A stretch of DNA of 64,000 nucleotides from a virus, in the IMG/VR virus record IMGVR_UViG_3300030380_006483; one strand, written 5' to 3'. Positions 28,997-38,262 of this stretch are shown in pieces. The notes beneath the pieces were generated by a model. It saw nothing but the letters and a program-made list of their open reading frames with translations, made no database searches and was not told the DNA's origin. How positions within the stretch are numbered: the stretch's first letter is position 1; every line of letters starts with the position of its first letter. A program made the translations under genes and the position numbers.

Positions 28997-30736
28997 ATGG
29001 CATATAATATTCTAGGAATTAATCCTGGCCATAATGGTTCTGCCGCCGTAATTTCAGATGGTAAGTTAGTTTATTATTTAGAAGAAGAAAGATTAACAAA
29101 AGAAAAAAGAGATGGAAATCCTTTTAAAACTATAATCGATATTTGTTCTAAGTTTTCTATTAACGAACTAATAATAGGGGGAACAAACACCCCAGCTGAA
29201 AGGTCAACTTTATCTTATACTAAAGAAAATCCCTATTTTTCTCTTGTAAGAAAATTAAATTTAGGAATAGAAGACTATACAAATTTATCCAGCAGCCACC
29301 ATTTATTGCATGCTTTTAGTAGCTTACATAATTCCCCATTTCAATCTGCTGCTGTTATAGTAGTAGATGGATGTGGGTCTTGGCTACACTATAATGATAT
29401 TGCTCCTTTTTCTTCACTTGCAATAGAAGAAGGTAAAAATAATAATGTTCATGAAGCTGAAAGTATATATGAGATAAATACAAATAAATTTCCAATTGAA
29501 GAGGGGATAGAAAAACATTATGTTAATTATATTAGTAATAATATTAATGTTGAAACTAAATTTATTAATAGAAATCCTGGAATAGTTAAAGTATATGAAG
29601 GTATAACCGATTATTTAGGTTTTCATCCTTTAGATGCAGGAAAAGTAATGGGTTTATCTTCTTATGGTAAGTCAAATCCAAACATTCCTCCTTTATTTGT
29701 AAATCATAAAGGTAATTTAGATATATTTAAACCATCATACCCAGCAAAATGTGAATTATTAACTAACAACACCCCAGTACTACATGGTAATCAAAAAACC
29801 AAAGACTTTCATCATGATAAATCAAAACTTAATATGGTTTATGCTGATTTAGCTTATGAAGTACAAACCCAAACAGAAAAAGAAATACATCACTTAATTG
29901 AAAAAGCTATAAATTTAACAGGTAATAATAATATTTGTATTACTGGAGGGTATGGGTTAAATTGTGTAGCTAATTATAACATGAAAAAAAAATTCCCTAA
30001 GATAAACTTTTTTCATGATCCTGTATCTTTTGATGGGGGAATATCAATAGGTGCAGCATACTTAGGATGGTTAATAAAAAAAGAGAAAAACGATAAATCA
30101 AAATCATTTTCACTTTATTTAGGCCCTAAATATTCTTTAAAAAAATATAAAAAACAAATTAAAAATTATTCAAAAATGTTTAACACTTATAAAGTAAATT
30201 ATAAAGATGTAGCTAAAATAATTTCAGAAAGAAATATAGTTACAATATTCCAAGGCAGATCAGAGGCTGGTCCTCGTGCTTTAGGAAATAGGTCCATTTT
30301 ATACGATCCAACAGACCCTAATGGTAAGGATTTTGTAAATAAAGTTAAAAAAAGAGAATGGTTTAGACCATTTGCTGGTACTGTTTTATTAGAAAAAGCT
30401 AATGAATATTTTGATATGGCTGGTTTAAAAGAATCTCCGTTTATGATGTATGCAATGGATGTTTGGCCTGATAAACAAGATAAAATTCCTTGTATTACCC
30501 ACGTAGATGGTACTTGTAGAATCCAAACATTAACCGAAGAACAAAATCCACATTATTATAAATTAATTCAAGAATTTGAAAAAATAACAGGTGTACCTAT
30601 TTTATTTAATACTTCATTTAATTTAGCAGGTGATCCACTTGTAGAGACAATTGAAGATGCATTAGAAACAATGCTTAAAAGTGAAATGAAATATATGTAT
30701 GTTCCTGAATTAGAAATGCTTTTAGAGAAAAAATAA
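28997..30736 (+). CDS. Full-length carbamoyltransferase (Kae1-like plus YrdC-like domains; paralogue C)
   Basis: N-domain motifs plus GRSEAGPRALGNRSIL, KKREWFRPFA, SPFM, HVDGTCRIQT, LFNTSFN. Confidence 0.92.
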   Translation: MAYNILGINPGHNGSAAVISDGKLVYYLEEERLTKEKRDGNPFKTIIDICSKFSINELIIGGTNTPAERSTLSYTKENPYFSLVRKLNLGIEDYTNLSSSHHLLHAFSSLHNSPFQSAAVIVVDGCGSWLHYNDIAPFSSLAIEEGKNNNVHEAESIYEINTNKFPIEEGIEKHYVNYISNNINVETKFINRNPGIVKVYEGITDYLGFHPLDAGKVMGLSSYGKSNPNIPPLFVNHKGNLDIFKPSYPAKCELLTNNTPVLHGNQKTKDFHHDKSKLNMVYADLAYEVQTQTEKEIHHLIEKAINLTGNNNICITGGYGLNCVANYNMKKKFPKINFFHDPVSFDGGISIGAAYLGWLIKKEKNDKSKSFSLYLGPKYSLKKYKKQIKNYSKMFNTYKVNYKDVAKIISERNIVTIFQGRSEAGPRALGNRSILYDPTDPNGKDFVNKVKKREWFRPFAGTVLLEKANEYFDMAGLKESPFMMYAMDVWPDKQDKIPCITHVDGTCRIQTLTEEQNPHYYKLIQEFEKITGVPILFNTSFNLAGDPLVETIEDALETMLKSEMKYMYVPELEMLLEKK

Positions 30737-30740
30737 AATT

Positions 30741-31937
30741 ATGAAAATATTAGGATTTAATCCTTCTCATCATAGCTCTACTTGTATAGTAAATAATGGT
30801 GAAATAGAATACTTCATCCAAGAAGAAAGAATAAATAAAATGAAATATGTTTCTTTCCCAATGGAATCTTTTATAGAACTCCTAAAAAACAGAACCCCAG
30901 ATGTAGTATGTTTCGCTGGTGCTAGTATATCTTTTCCACTTTGTGGCCAATCAGATGACAACCTTTGGCATGTAATAACTGATATTTACTTAAAAGAAAA
31001 TTATGAATTTTTTGATTTTTCTTTTAGTTATGATCAAAAGAATAAACCTAATGATGGAGGATTCCATCATATTGCACATGCTTCTAGTGCTTTTTACAAT
31101 TCAGGCTTTAAAGAAGCTTTATGTTTAGTAGCAGATGGATTAGGATCTATTATTTTAAATAGTGGTACTGAAACTGAAACTCTTTTTAAATTTTCATATC
31201 CATCTTTTTTTGAAATACTACATAAAAAACTATATATGGACAACTTTCCTAAACATGTATCAGAATCTCTCCCAGATAATATGACAATAACAACAAAAGT
31301 AAACCTAAGTAGAGTTTATGAAACTGTAACAATGTGGTTAGGGTTTAGTAGGAATGATGCTGGTAAAACTATGGGTTTATCTTCTTATGGAAAATATAAT
31401 AAAAATATTCCTAATTTTTTAGATAAAGAAGGAGATGGAGACCCCAATGTAATTATTGTTGACCGTGATAGAAAAGGAGAATATGAAATTGAAAAAGGAT
31501 ATCAGTGTACTTTTATAGATAAAGAAAAGAATCCTTATTTAAAAAACCAAGATGCAACAAAATGGCACCATAATAAATCAAATATAACAGACTTAGAAAA
31601 AGACGTAGCTTGGAAAGTTCAAGATGAAACACAAAAAAGAATAGGTGATATAATAGAAAAAGGAATTAAAGAAACAGGATTAAAACAAGTTTGTTGTAGT
31701 GGGGGTTATTTTTTAAATTGTGTTGCAAACTATTATCTTGTAAAAAGATTTCCTGATATAGATTTTTATTTTGACCCAATAGCTAATGATGCTGGTACAG
31801 CTATGGGAATAGCTCAATTAGTTTATCATCACAAAACTAGAGATACTACTATAAGACCTTTAAAATCTTTATATTTAGGTCCAAAATATCCAAAAGAAGA
31901 ACTATTAAAAGAAATTAAAAAATATGTGGATAACTAA
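30741..31937 (+). CDS. Carbamoyltransferase, N-terminal domain only (paralogue D)
   Basis: GFNPSHHSS, QEERI, HHIAHA, GKTMGLSSYG, GGYFLNC, DAG; ends after LYLGPKY. Confidence 0.85.
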   Translation: MKILGFNPSHHSSTCIVNNGEIEYFIQEERINKMKYVSFPMESFIELLKNRTPDVVCFAGASISFPLCGQSDDNLWHVITDIYLKENYEFFDFSFSYDQKNKPNDGGFHHIAHASSAFYNSGFKEALCLVADGLGSIILNSGTETETLFKFSYPSFFEILHKKLYMDNFPKHVSESLPDNMTITTKVNLSRVYETVTMWLGFSRNDAGKTMGLSSYGKYNKNIPNFLDKEGDGDPNVIIVDRDRKGEYEIEKGYQCTFIDKEKNPYLKNQDATKWHHNKSNITDLEKDVAWKVQDETQKRIGDIIEKGIKETGLKQVCCSGGYFLNCVANYYLVKRFPDIDFYFDPIANDAGTAMGIAQLVYHHKTRDTTIRPLKSLYLGPKYPKEELLKEIKKYVDN

Positions 31938-31956
31938 TTTAAAAATATTATATTAT
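31925..31956 (+). promoter_or_regulatory. Possible promoter for the MazG-like gene
   Basis: TGTG-N20-TATATTAT inside the end of paralogue D, same register as the 25445 promoter. Confidence 0.45.
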
Positions 31957-31960
31957 CAAT

Positions 31961-32464
31961 ATGAAAAAATCAAACGTACCTTTTGTAAATGAAGTAGAAG
32001 ATTTTAATAATTTAATGTCTAAACCAAATAATTATACACCTACTATTCCTGAAAAAAAAGAATGGCAATTTGTATATGACTTTGTTTTAGAAGAATTAGA
32101 AGAATATAAAGAAGCATGTGAAAAGGGAGACATTGTAGAAATATTAGATGCTTTATGTGATATAGCTTATGTATCTTTAGGAAATGGTACTATGCTTCAT
32201 GGCCTAAAAGATAAAATATGGCCAGCTTATCAGGAAGTTCAGGCATCAAATATGTCAAAGGCATGTAAAACTGTAAACGAAGCTATTGAAACTACTCTTA
32301 AAAGATCTGAGGAACAAGGGGAACCTTGTCATTGGGAACAAGTAGGCGATATGTATATTGTGTATAGAACACGTGATCGTAAAGTAATGAAATCACTTAC
32401 TTACTTTAGACCCGATCTAAAACAATTCTTTACCGATGAAGAAATTACTAACAGTACTAAGTAA
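31961..32464 (+). CDS. MazG-like all-alpha NTP pyrophosphohydrolase (PRA-PH-like)
   Basis: LEELEEY..EILDALCDIAYV..EVQASNMSK..KVMK. Confidence 0.82.
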   Translation: MKKSNVPFVNEVEDFNNLMSKPNNYTPTIPEKKEWQFVYDFVLEELEEYKEACEKGDIVEILDALCDIAYVSLGNGTMLHGLKDKIWPAYQEVQASNMSKACKTVNEAIETTLKRSEEQGEPCHWEQVGDMYIVYRTRDRKVMKSLTYFRPDLKQFFTDEEITNSTK

Positions 32465-33746
32465 AGGAACCCTCCCCTTTATTATTGCATTCTCTGCCCT
32501 GTCAGTTAGTGCTTCAGCCGCTTTCTATTCAGTTAGCGGTTTAAGTAAACTATTTGCTGGGGCTTCATTTGAAGTAATTATTATGGCTGGTTCATTAGAA
32601 GTAGCTAAATTAGTTACTGCCTCATTATTATATCAATATTGGGACAAGATAAATAAAATTCTTAGAACCTATTTAATTATAGCAACTATTATACTTGTAT
32701 TAGTAACTAGTATGGGTATTTATGGTTTTTTAAGTGCTGCTTATCAGGAGACATACCAAAAATTATCTATTAATGAAAATAGAATAGAATTTTTAGACCA
32801 AAAAAGAGAATTTTACCAACAAGATGTAACTAGATATGATGATGAGTTAGCAAGAATATCTGGAAATATCTCAACTCTATCTAATGCTAGAGCAACCTCA
32901 ATCCAAGTTAGAGATACTACTTCATCTACAGGGGTTAGAAATACTATTTCAACTGCCGAGCTAAGATTAGCTCAAAGTAGAATAGAAGTTGAAGAAAAAA
33001 ATAGAAATGATGTTCAAGCTAGAAGAGAAATAGCAGCTGATAGTTTGCAAAAATATCAACTTGAAATATTAGACCTAGAAAATGATACCGAAATAACAGG
33101 TGAGTTAGGTCCATTACAATATCTATCAGGTTTAACTGGTACCCCAATGGATAAAATAATTAACTGGTTATTATTAGTAATTATTTTTGTATTTGACCCA
33201 TTAGCTATATCTTTAGTAGTTGCTGCTAACTTTGCGTTTGCTCAGGCTTTTCCTAAAAAAGAAGAAGATTTAATTTTAGATTTACCTGATTTTGATCCTT
33301 TTCCTAGTGATTCGGAAGCAGAACTTTATCCCGAAGAAGAAGAAGAAAAAAAAGTAAATATAAATGATTGGGATATAGAAGAAGCAGAAAAAAGAATGGA
33401 TATTATAGGTCAAAATGGTAATGAAGGATTACATTATGATGATACGGAAATAAAAGAATATATTGCAACTGCAGAAGATAAAATTATGGCTGCTACTAAA
33501 TCTATTATTGAAAAACAAAAAATAGAAGATAATAAATTAAAAGATAAATTGGATGCTGCTAATAAAGAAATAAATGAATTAGATAGATCTAGTTTAAAAA
33601 TAATTGATTCTATAAAACATATTAATGATTATTTAAAAATTCATGCACCTTATTATGATAATCAAGGAATAGCTCTTGATAATATAAAACTTGGCTTTGC
33701 CGAAGAGGATGATTATATTGACGATGATAATAGTAAAATATATTAA
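32436..33746 (+). CDS. Membrane protein with coiled coil and acidic tail
   Basis: Three N-terminal TM segments (SVSGL..GSLEVAK..GIYGFLS), coiled coil, TM with FVFDPLA. Confidence 0.65.
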   Translation: MKKLLTVLSKGTLPFIIAFSALSVSASAAFYSVSGLSKLFAGASFEVIIMAGSLEVAKLVTASLLYQYWDKINKILRTYLIIATIILVLVTSMGIYGFLSAAYQETYQKLSINENRIEFLDQKREFYQQDVTRYDDELARISGNISTLSNARATSIQVRDTTSSTGVRNTISTAELRLAQSRIEVEEKNRNDVQARREIAADSLQKYQLEILDLENDTEITGELGPLQYLSGLTGTPMDKIINWLLLVIIFVFDPLAISLVVAANFAFAQAFPKKEEDLILDLPDFDPFPSDSEAELYPEEEEEKKVNINDWDIEEAEKRMDIIGQNGNEGLHYDDTEIKEYIATAEDKIMAATKSIIEKQKIEDNKLKDKLDAANKEINELDRSSLKIIDSIKHINDYLKIHAPYYDNQGIALDNIKLGFAEEDDYIDDDNSKIY

Positions 33747-33748
33747 AA

Positions 33749-34339
33749 ATGATTGGTTTTCCTGAGTTTCAATTTACAAAACCTACATATATTCATCAAG
33801 AAGAAAATTTTTTTACTGGTGAAGAAGTAGATAAAATATTAAATGATTTAAAAGATGTATCTTATGAAAGGGGTGCAACAGGTGATTTTAATTCAAATAA
33901 AGATTCTTTATCACTTCAGATACGAAAAAGTAATATAAAGTGGATTCCACATGAAGAAAAATTTCATTGGTTATATGATAAACTATCAGCCCAAATTCAT
34001 TTAATAAATTCTTTTACTTGGAAATTTAATCTTAATAATAGTTTTGAACACATTCAATACACTGAATATGATTCAAAAGAAAAAGGACAATATAATTGGC
34101 ATGTAGATGTAGGAGAAGGAATGTCTTGTTTTAGAAAAATTTCAATTTCAATTCAACTTTCAAATGCTAGTGAATATGATGGGGGAGAATTTAGAATTTT
34201 TAACCAAAAAGGTCCAAGTCCTAAATCTAGAGGAACTGCAATTATTTTTCCTTCTTTTATTCCCCATAAAGTTACACCCGTAACTAGAGGAAATAGGAAA
34301 TCTTTAGTATTGTGGGTTGGTGGTAGTCCTTATAAATAA
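33749..34339 (+). CDS. 2OG-Fe(II) oxygenase (PKHD/prolyl-hydroxylase-like)
   Basis: IQYTEY..WHVD..RKISISIQL..YDGGE..FPSFIPHKVTPVTRGNRKSLVLW. Confidence 0.88.
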   Translation: MIGFPEFQFTKPTYIHQEENFFTGEEVDKILNDLKDVSYERGATGDFNSNKDSLSLQIRKSNIKWIPHEEKFHWLYDKLSAQIHLINSFTWKFNLNNSFEHIQYTEYDSKEKGQYNWHVDVGEGMSCFRKISISIQLSNASEYDGGEFRIFNQKGPSPKSRGTAIIFPSFIPHKVTPVTRGNRKSLVLWVGGSPYK

Positions 34340-34342
34340 TTT

Positions 34343-36094
34343 ATGTATAAAAAAATATACGAGCAAGGTAGAGGAGAAAATAAACATTTAATACATCTTT
34401 GGACAGACGAGGGTTACGAAAAGATTGAATGGAACAACTATGCTTATAAAGAATGTTCGCCTAATGATGCAGAATTTAAAGGTTTGAAAGGTGAACCACT
34501 TCGTAAAACACACACTTGGGATAGAAAAACCCCTAAACTCCACTTTAGTGATATCTCAGCTCACCAAAAATTCCTTATAGAAAAATATGGTATTGACGAT
34601 GAACCTTCTACTTCACATAAGGAGGTTTTTTTTGATATCGAGTGTGAGATGGGAGGAGCATTGACAGAAGAATATATTTCTAATGCACCTAAGCCAATTA
34701 CTTCTATTGCTTGGTATGATAAACAAGCAGATTGGTGGTCAATCGTTATTTTAGATAAAAAAGGTCAATTAAAACATACTAAAACTAAAAATAAAGAAAT
34801 TATACCTTTACCACATGAGGCAGATCTATTAGATACATTTTTAAATAAAATGGAAGAAATTCAACCAGATATGTTAATTGGGTATAATAGTGACTATTTT
34901 GATATTCCTTATTTATACTATAGAATGTGTAATGTGTTGGGAGAAACAGATGCAAAAAGATTATCCCCTATAGGAATAGTTAAATACAAAAAGAATAATC
35001 AATATTGGTATAAAAAAGACCAATTTGTAGATATAGCAGGTGTTGAATCTCTTGATTATATGAGATTACATAAAAAATATAGTTGGGAGGATGAACCAAG
35101 TTGGAAGTTAGATTCTATTGGAGAAAAATATGCTGGTATAAATAAAATTGAATATGATGGTTCTTTAGATAGATTATTTGAAGAGGATATACATAAATTT
35201 ATTCAATATAACTTTGTTGATGTTGAAATATTAGTTGAATTAGATAAAAAATTACAATATATAGCTTTAACAAAAAATTTAGCCCATAAAGGTAAAGTAA
35301 AATATAGTGAAGTGTATGCTTCATCTAAAATCCATGATGGTGCTATCTCAGCTTACCTATTATCTCAGGGAATAATACCCCCAGGACGCCCTAAGGGGGA
35401 AAGTAAATTAAATTATGCTGGTGGTTACTTATTTTGCCCTAAAGCAGGGTTATACAAATATATGTTTGATGAAGATTTAACATCACTATATCCTTCTATT
35501 ATAATGACTTTAAATATAGGTAGAGAAACTATTATAGGAAAAATAATTACAGATACATTACCCGAAAAATTAGAAGATTTTGGTCCTTATGGTGGTAAAT
35601 CTGATCGAAATAACTATCTAGGTTTAGGTGATTTAAAAGAAATGGATCCAGATGATGAAATTAGAGTTATGGATCCTAATGAAAATATTCAAAACACAAC
35701 TGTAGGTAAAGTAATTGAAGTAATAGAAAAGAATAATTTTTCAATAGCGGCAAATGGAACCTTTTTTAGAACTGATAAACAATCAGTATTATCTACTATT
35801 TTAAATAAATGGTTTGATGAAAGGGTCATTTATAAAAATAGAATGAAGCACTGTTACCAAAAGGGTGATAATGAAGGTGGTGCTAAAAATCATTTACTAC
35901 AATATACAATGAAAATTTTACTGAATTCTTTATATGGAGCTACTGCCTTACCATCATTTAGATATGGTTTACCAAAATCTATACTAAGTGAAGCAATTAC
36001 ATTATCAGGGTGGAGAATCATACAAGAATCTGCATTAGTTGCTAATACACATATGAATAAAGTTTTAAGGAATGAAATAAAGTTAGCATTATAA
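34343..36094 (+). CDS. Family B DNA polymerase, N-terminal part (exonuclease, motifs A and B)
   Basis: FFDIEC, GYNSDYFDIPY, YNFVDV, DLTSLYPSII, KILLNSLYG; no DTDS. Confidence 0.9.
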   Translation: MYKKIYEQGRGENKHLIHLWTDEGYEKIEWNNYAYKECSPNDAEFKGLKGEPLRKTHTWDRKTPKLHFSDISAHQKFLIEKYGIDDEPSTSHKEVFFDIECEMGGALTEEYISNAPKPITSIAWYDKQADWWSIVILDKKGQLKHTKTKNKEIIPLPHEADLLDTFLNKMEEIQPDMLIGYNSDYFDIPYLYYRMCNVLGETDAKRLSPIGIVKYKKNNQYWYKKDQFVDIAGVESLDYMRLHKKYSWEDEPSWKLDSIGEKYAGINKIEYDGSLDRLFEEDIHKFIQYNFVDVEILVELDKKLQYIALTKNLAHKGKVKYSEVYASSKIHDGAISAYLLSQGIIPPGRPKGESKLNYAGGYLFCPKAGLYKYMFDEDLTSLYPSIIMTLNIGRETIIGKIITDTLPEKLEDFGPYGGKSDRNNYLGLGDLKEMDPDDEIRVMDPNENIQNTTVGKVIEVIEKNNFSIAANGTFFRTDKQSVLSTILNKWFDERVIYKNRMKHCYQKGDNEGGAKNHLLQYTMKILLNSLYGATALPSFRYGLPKSILSEAITLSGWRIIQESALVANTHMNKVLRNEIKLAL

Positions 36095-36122
36095 TATTTA
36101 CAATCACAATAATTTTAAAAAT

Positions 36123-37652
36123 ATGAATATATCAATTATAGGAGGAGGTACAGCAGGTTGGTTATCTGCTCTTCATCTAAATAAAATAAATCCAACAGCT
36201 GATATTTCTTTAATTGAATCTAAAGATATAGGAATAGTAGGAGTTGGTGAAGGAGCAGTTCCTCTTTTTGGGGATATGTTATTAGATCTTAATATAGACA
36301 TTATTGATTTTGTTAATAGTGTTGACGGTACTTTTAAATTAGGGATTTCTTTTGAAGGTTGGAAAAATTTAGATCATAAATTTTTATATGGGTTTCCTAA
36401 TTTTAATAGTAATGATGTAGCTAATTTTGAAAAAACTAAATTTGGTTCACAGAAATATGATATATATCCTATTTTTGCAAATATGATAGCTAATTCTCAA
36501 GATTGTAATATAATGCAAAATTCAATTTTAAGTTACTTAAATAAAGTTCCTTTTACTTTTGATGAAGAATCTAAAAATGGTATCACCCAAGATGGAATTT
36601 CTCACGTATCTTTCCATTTTGATGCCTACAAAGCAGCTCAGTATTTTAGAAAAATTTCAGAATCTAGAGGTATAAAAAGAATTGAAGGAAAAGTTATTGA
36701 TTTTAAATCTTCTAAAGACCAAAATATAAAAAGTATTATTACTGAAGATAAAAAAGAACATAAATGTGATTTTGTTTTTGATTGTACAGGGTTTGCTAAA
36801 TTAATTATAGGTAAGCACTTTAAATCAAAATGGACTAGCTATAAAAGCCACTTAACTACTAATGAAGTTATAAGTTTTAGATTAAAGTATAAAGAAAATG
36901 AAGAAGTATTTCCTTATACTAAGTCGATTACAATGAAAAATGGTTGGATGTGGCAGATTCCATTACAAAGTAGAATTGGGGCTGGGTATGTTTATGATAA
37001 TAGATACATTACTGAATCTCAAGCTAAAGAAGAAGTTGAAGAATTTTTAGGTGAAGAGATAGAAATATTAAAAAAAATTAATTTTGAACCTGGAATTTTT
37101 GAAGAGGGATGGATTAAAAATTGTGTATCAATAGGTCTTTCTAGTGCCTTTGTAGAACCTTTAGAATCTACTTCTATAATGTTTACTATTTTGCAATTAA
37201 GATTTTTTAAAAGTAAAGATTTATTAGAACCAAATGAATTACTTCAAAAAAGATATAATAAATATCAAACAAAATCATTTAAATCAATAATTGATTTAAT
37301 TCAATTACATTATTTGTGTGATAGAAATGATACTAAATTTTGGAAAGATAGAAAAAAATTACCTATAACAACTCCTTTACAAAAACGTTTAAATGATTTT
37401 AAAAAATATCCTCTATCAGATTCAACATTTTTTGATGGTGTATGGGGGGCTTTAGGGTTTTTTGTAGTAGGATATGAAAGTAGTGTTAAAAATTTTCCTA
37501 AAAAACTCTACCAATTTTATAATAAAAAGCATAATTTTGATGGATTATTAAAAAATTGGATTAAAGATTATAAACAATATTTTGATAATAAACTACCTAA
37601 ATACTTTAAACATAAAGATTTATTAGATTATTTTAAAACAATAAAACCATGA
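36123..37652 (+). CDS. Flavin-dependent (tryptophan-type) halogenase
   Basis: GGGTAGW, GVGEG, TFKLGI (catalytic Lys position), DCTGF, WMWQIP signature, EPLEST. Confidence 0.85.
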   Translation: MNISIIGGGTAGWLSALHLNKINPTADISLIESKDIGIVGVGEGAVPLFGDMLLDLNIDIIDFVNSVDGTFKLGISFEGWKNLDHKFLYGFPNFNSNDVANFEKTKFGSQKYDIYPIFANMIANSQDCNIMQNSILSYLNKVPFTFDEESKNGITQDGISHVSFHFDAYKAAQYFRKISESRGIKRIEGKVIDFKSSKDQNIKSIITEDKKEHKCDFVFDCTGFAKLIIGKHFKSKWTSYKSHLTTNEVISFRLKYKENEEVFPYTKSITMKNGWMWQIPLQSRIGAGYVYDNRYITESQAKEEVEEFLGEEIEILKKINFEPGIFEEGWIKNCVSIGLSSAFVEPLESTSIMFTILQLRFFKSKDLLEPNELLQKRYNKYQTKSFKSIIDLIQLHYLCDRNDTKFWKDRKKLPITTPLQKRLNDFKKYPLSDSTFFDGVWGALGFFVVGYESSVKNFPKKLYQFYNKKHNFDGLLKNWIKDYKQYFDNKLPKYFKHKDLLDYFKTIKP

Positions 37653-37996
37653 AATACGAAGCAGAAAGTAGACCTTGGGGAATGTATGAAGTTTTATTAG
37701 ATTCAGATGAATGTAAAGTAAAAAGAATTACAGTTGCTCCAGATTCAAAACTATCATATCAATATCACCATAAAAGACAAGAACAATGGACGGTAATTAA
37801 AGGAAATTTAACTATCATTTTAGATGATGAAAAAGTTTTTAGATCACCTGGAGAATCAATAAAAATTCCATTAGGAGCTAGACATAGAGCTTGGAATGAA
37901 ACAGATGAATTAGTACAATTTATAGAAGTTCAAACCGGAACCTATTTTGGTGAGGATGATATAGTAAGAATAGAAGACGATTATAATAGAAAATAA
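37649..37996 (+). CDS. Cupin, mannose-6-phosphate isomerase type II C-terminal-like
   Basis: RPWG.YEVL..VKRITV..LSYQYHHKRQEQW..EVQTG.YFGEDDIVR.EDDY.R. Confidence 0.88.
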   Translation: MKYEAESRPWGMYEVLLDSDECKVKRITVAPDSKLSYQYHHKRQEQWTVIKGNLTIILDDEKVFRSPGESIKIPLGARHRAWNETDELVQFIEVQTGTYFGEDDIVRIEDDYNRK

Positions 37997-37998
37997 AT

Positions 37999-38262
37999 AT
38001 GGCATTAAAAAAACAATCAATAAGACAAGGAGTTTATGTTTTAATAGATGGAGTTAACGCTTCTAAAGAAGAACTTATTACATTAAGCGAAACATGGACC
38101 GAAAAAAAAGAAGTATTTTTTAGAAAAATGCTTCAACAAGGAGGTAATTTTAGAATGGATGGAAAAGATTTTATAGTTAAAATTAGAGAAAATCTTCAAC
38201 TTAGATCAGATGGAACTAAAGATGGGGGAGTAGTTACAATCCCAGGAGGAAGAAGTTTTTAA
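37999..38262 (+). CDS. Hypothetical protein inside the PolB split
   Basis: 87 aa; TAATG overlap with PolB C-part. Confidence 0.65.
   Translation: MALKKQSIRQGVYVLIDGVNASKEELITLSETWTEKKEVFFRKMLQQGGNFRMDGKDFIVKIRENLQLRSDGTKDGGVVTIPGGRSF

Noticed and set aside
24345-31937. Frameshift or readthrough restoring C-domains to the short carbamoyltransferases
   Set aside because: Sequences after their stops are a promoter/queE, a 128 aa ORF and the MazG-like gene; none encodes YrdC-like motifs
34331-34338. TATAAATA, the T4 late-promoter consensus (also 15766-73)
   Set aside because: Both fall in terminal codons of ORFs, and such 8-mers are expected by chance at this AT content
36095-38261. Intron or intein explanation of the PolB gap
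   Set aside because: No homing-endonuclease ORF, no Cys...His-Asn intein ends, and both halves have their own start and stop
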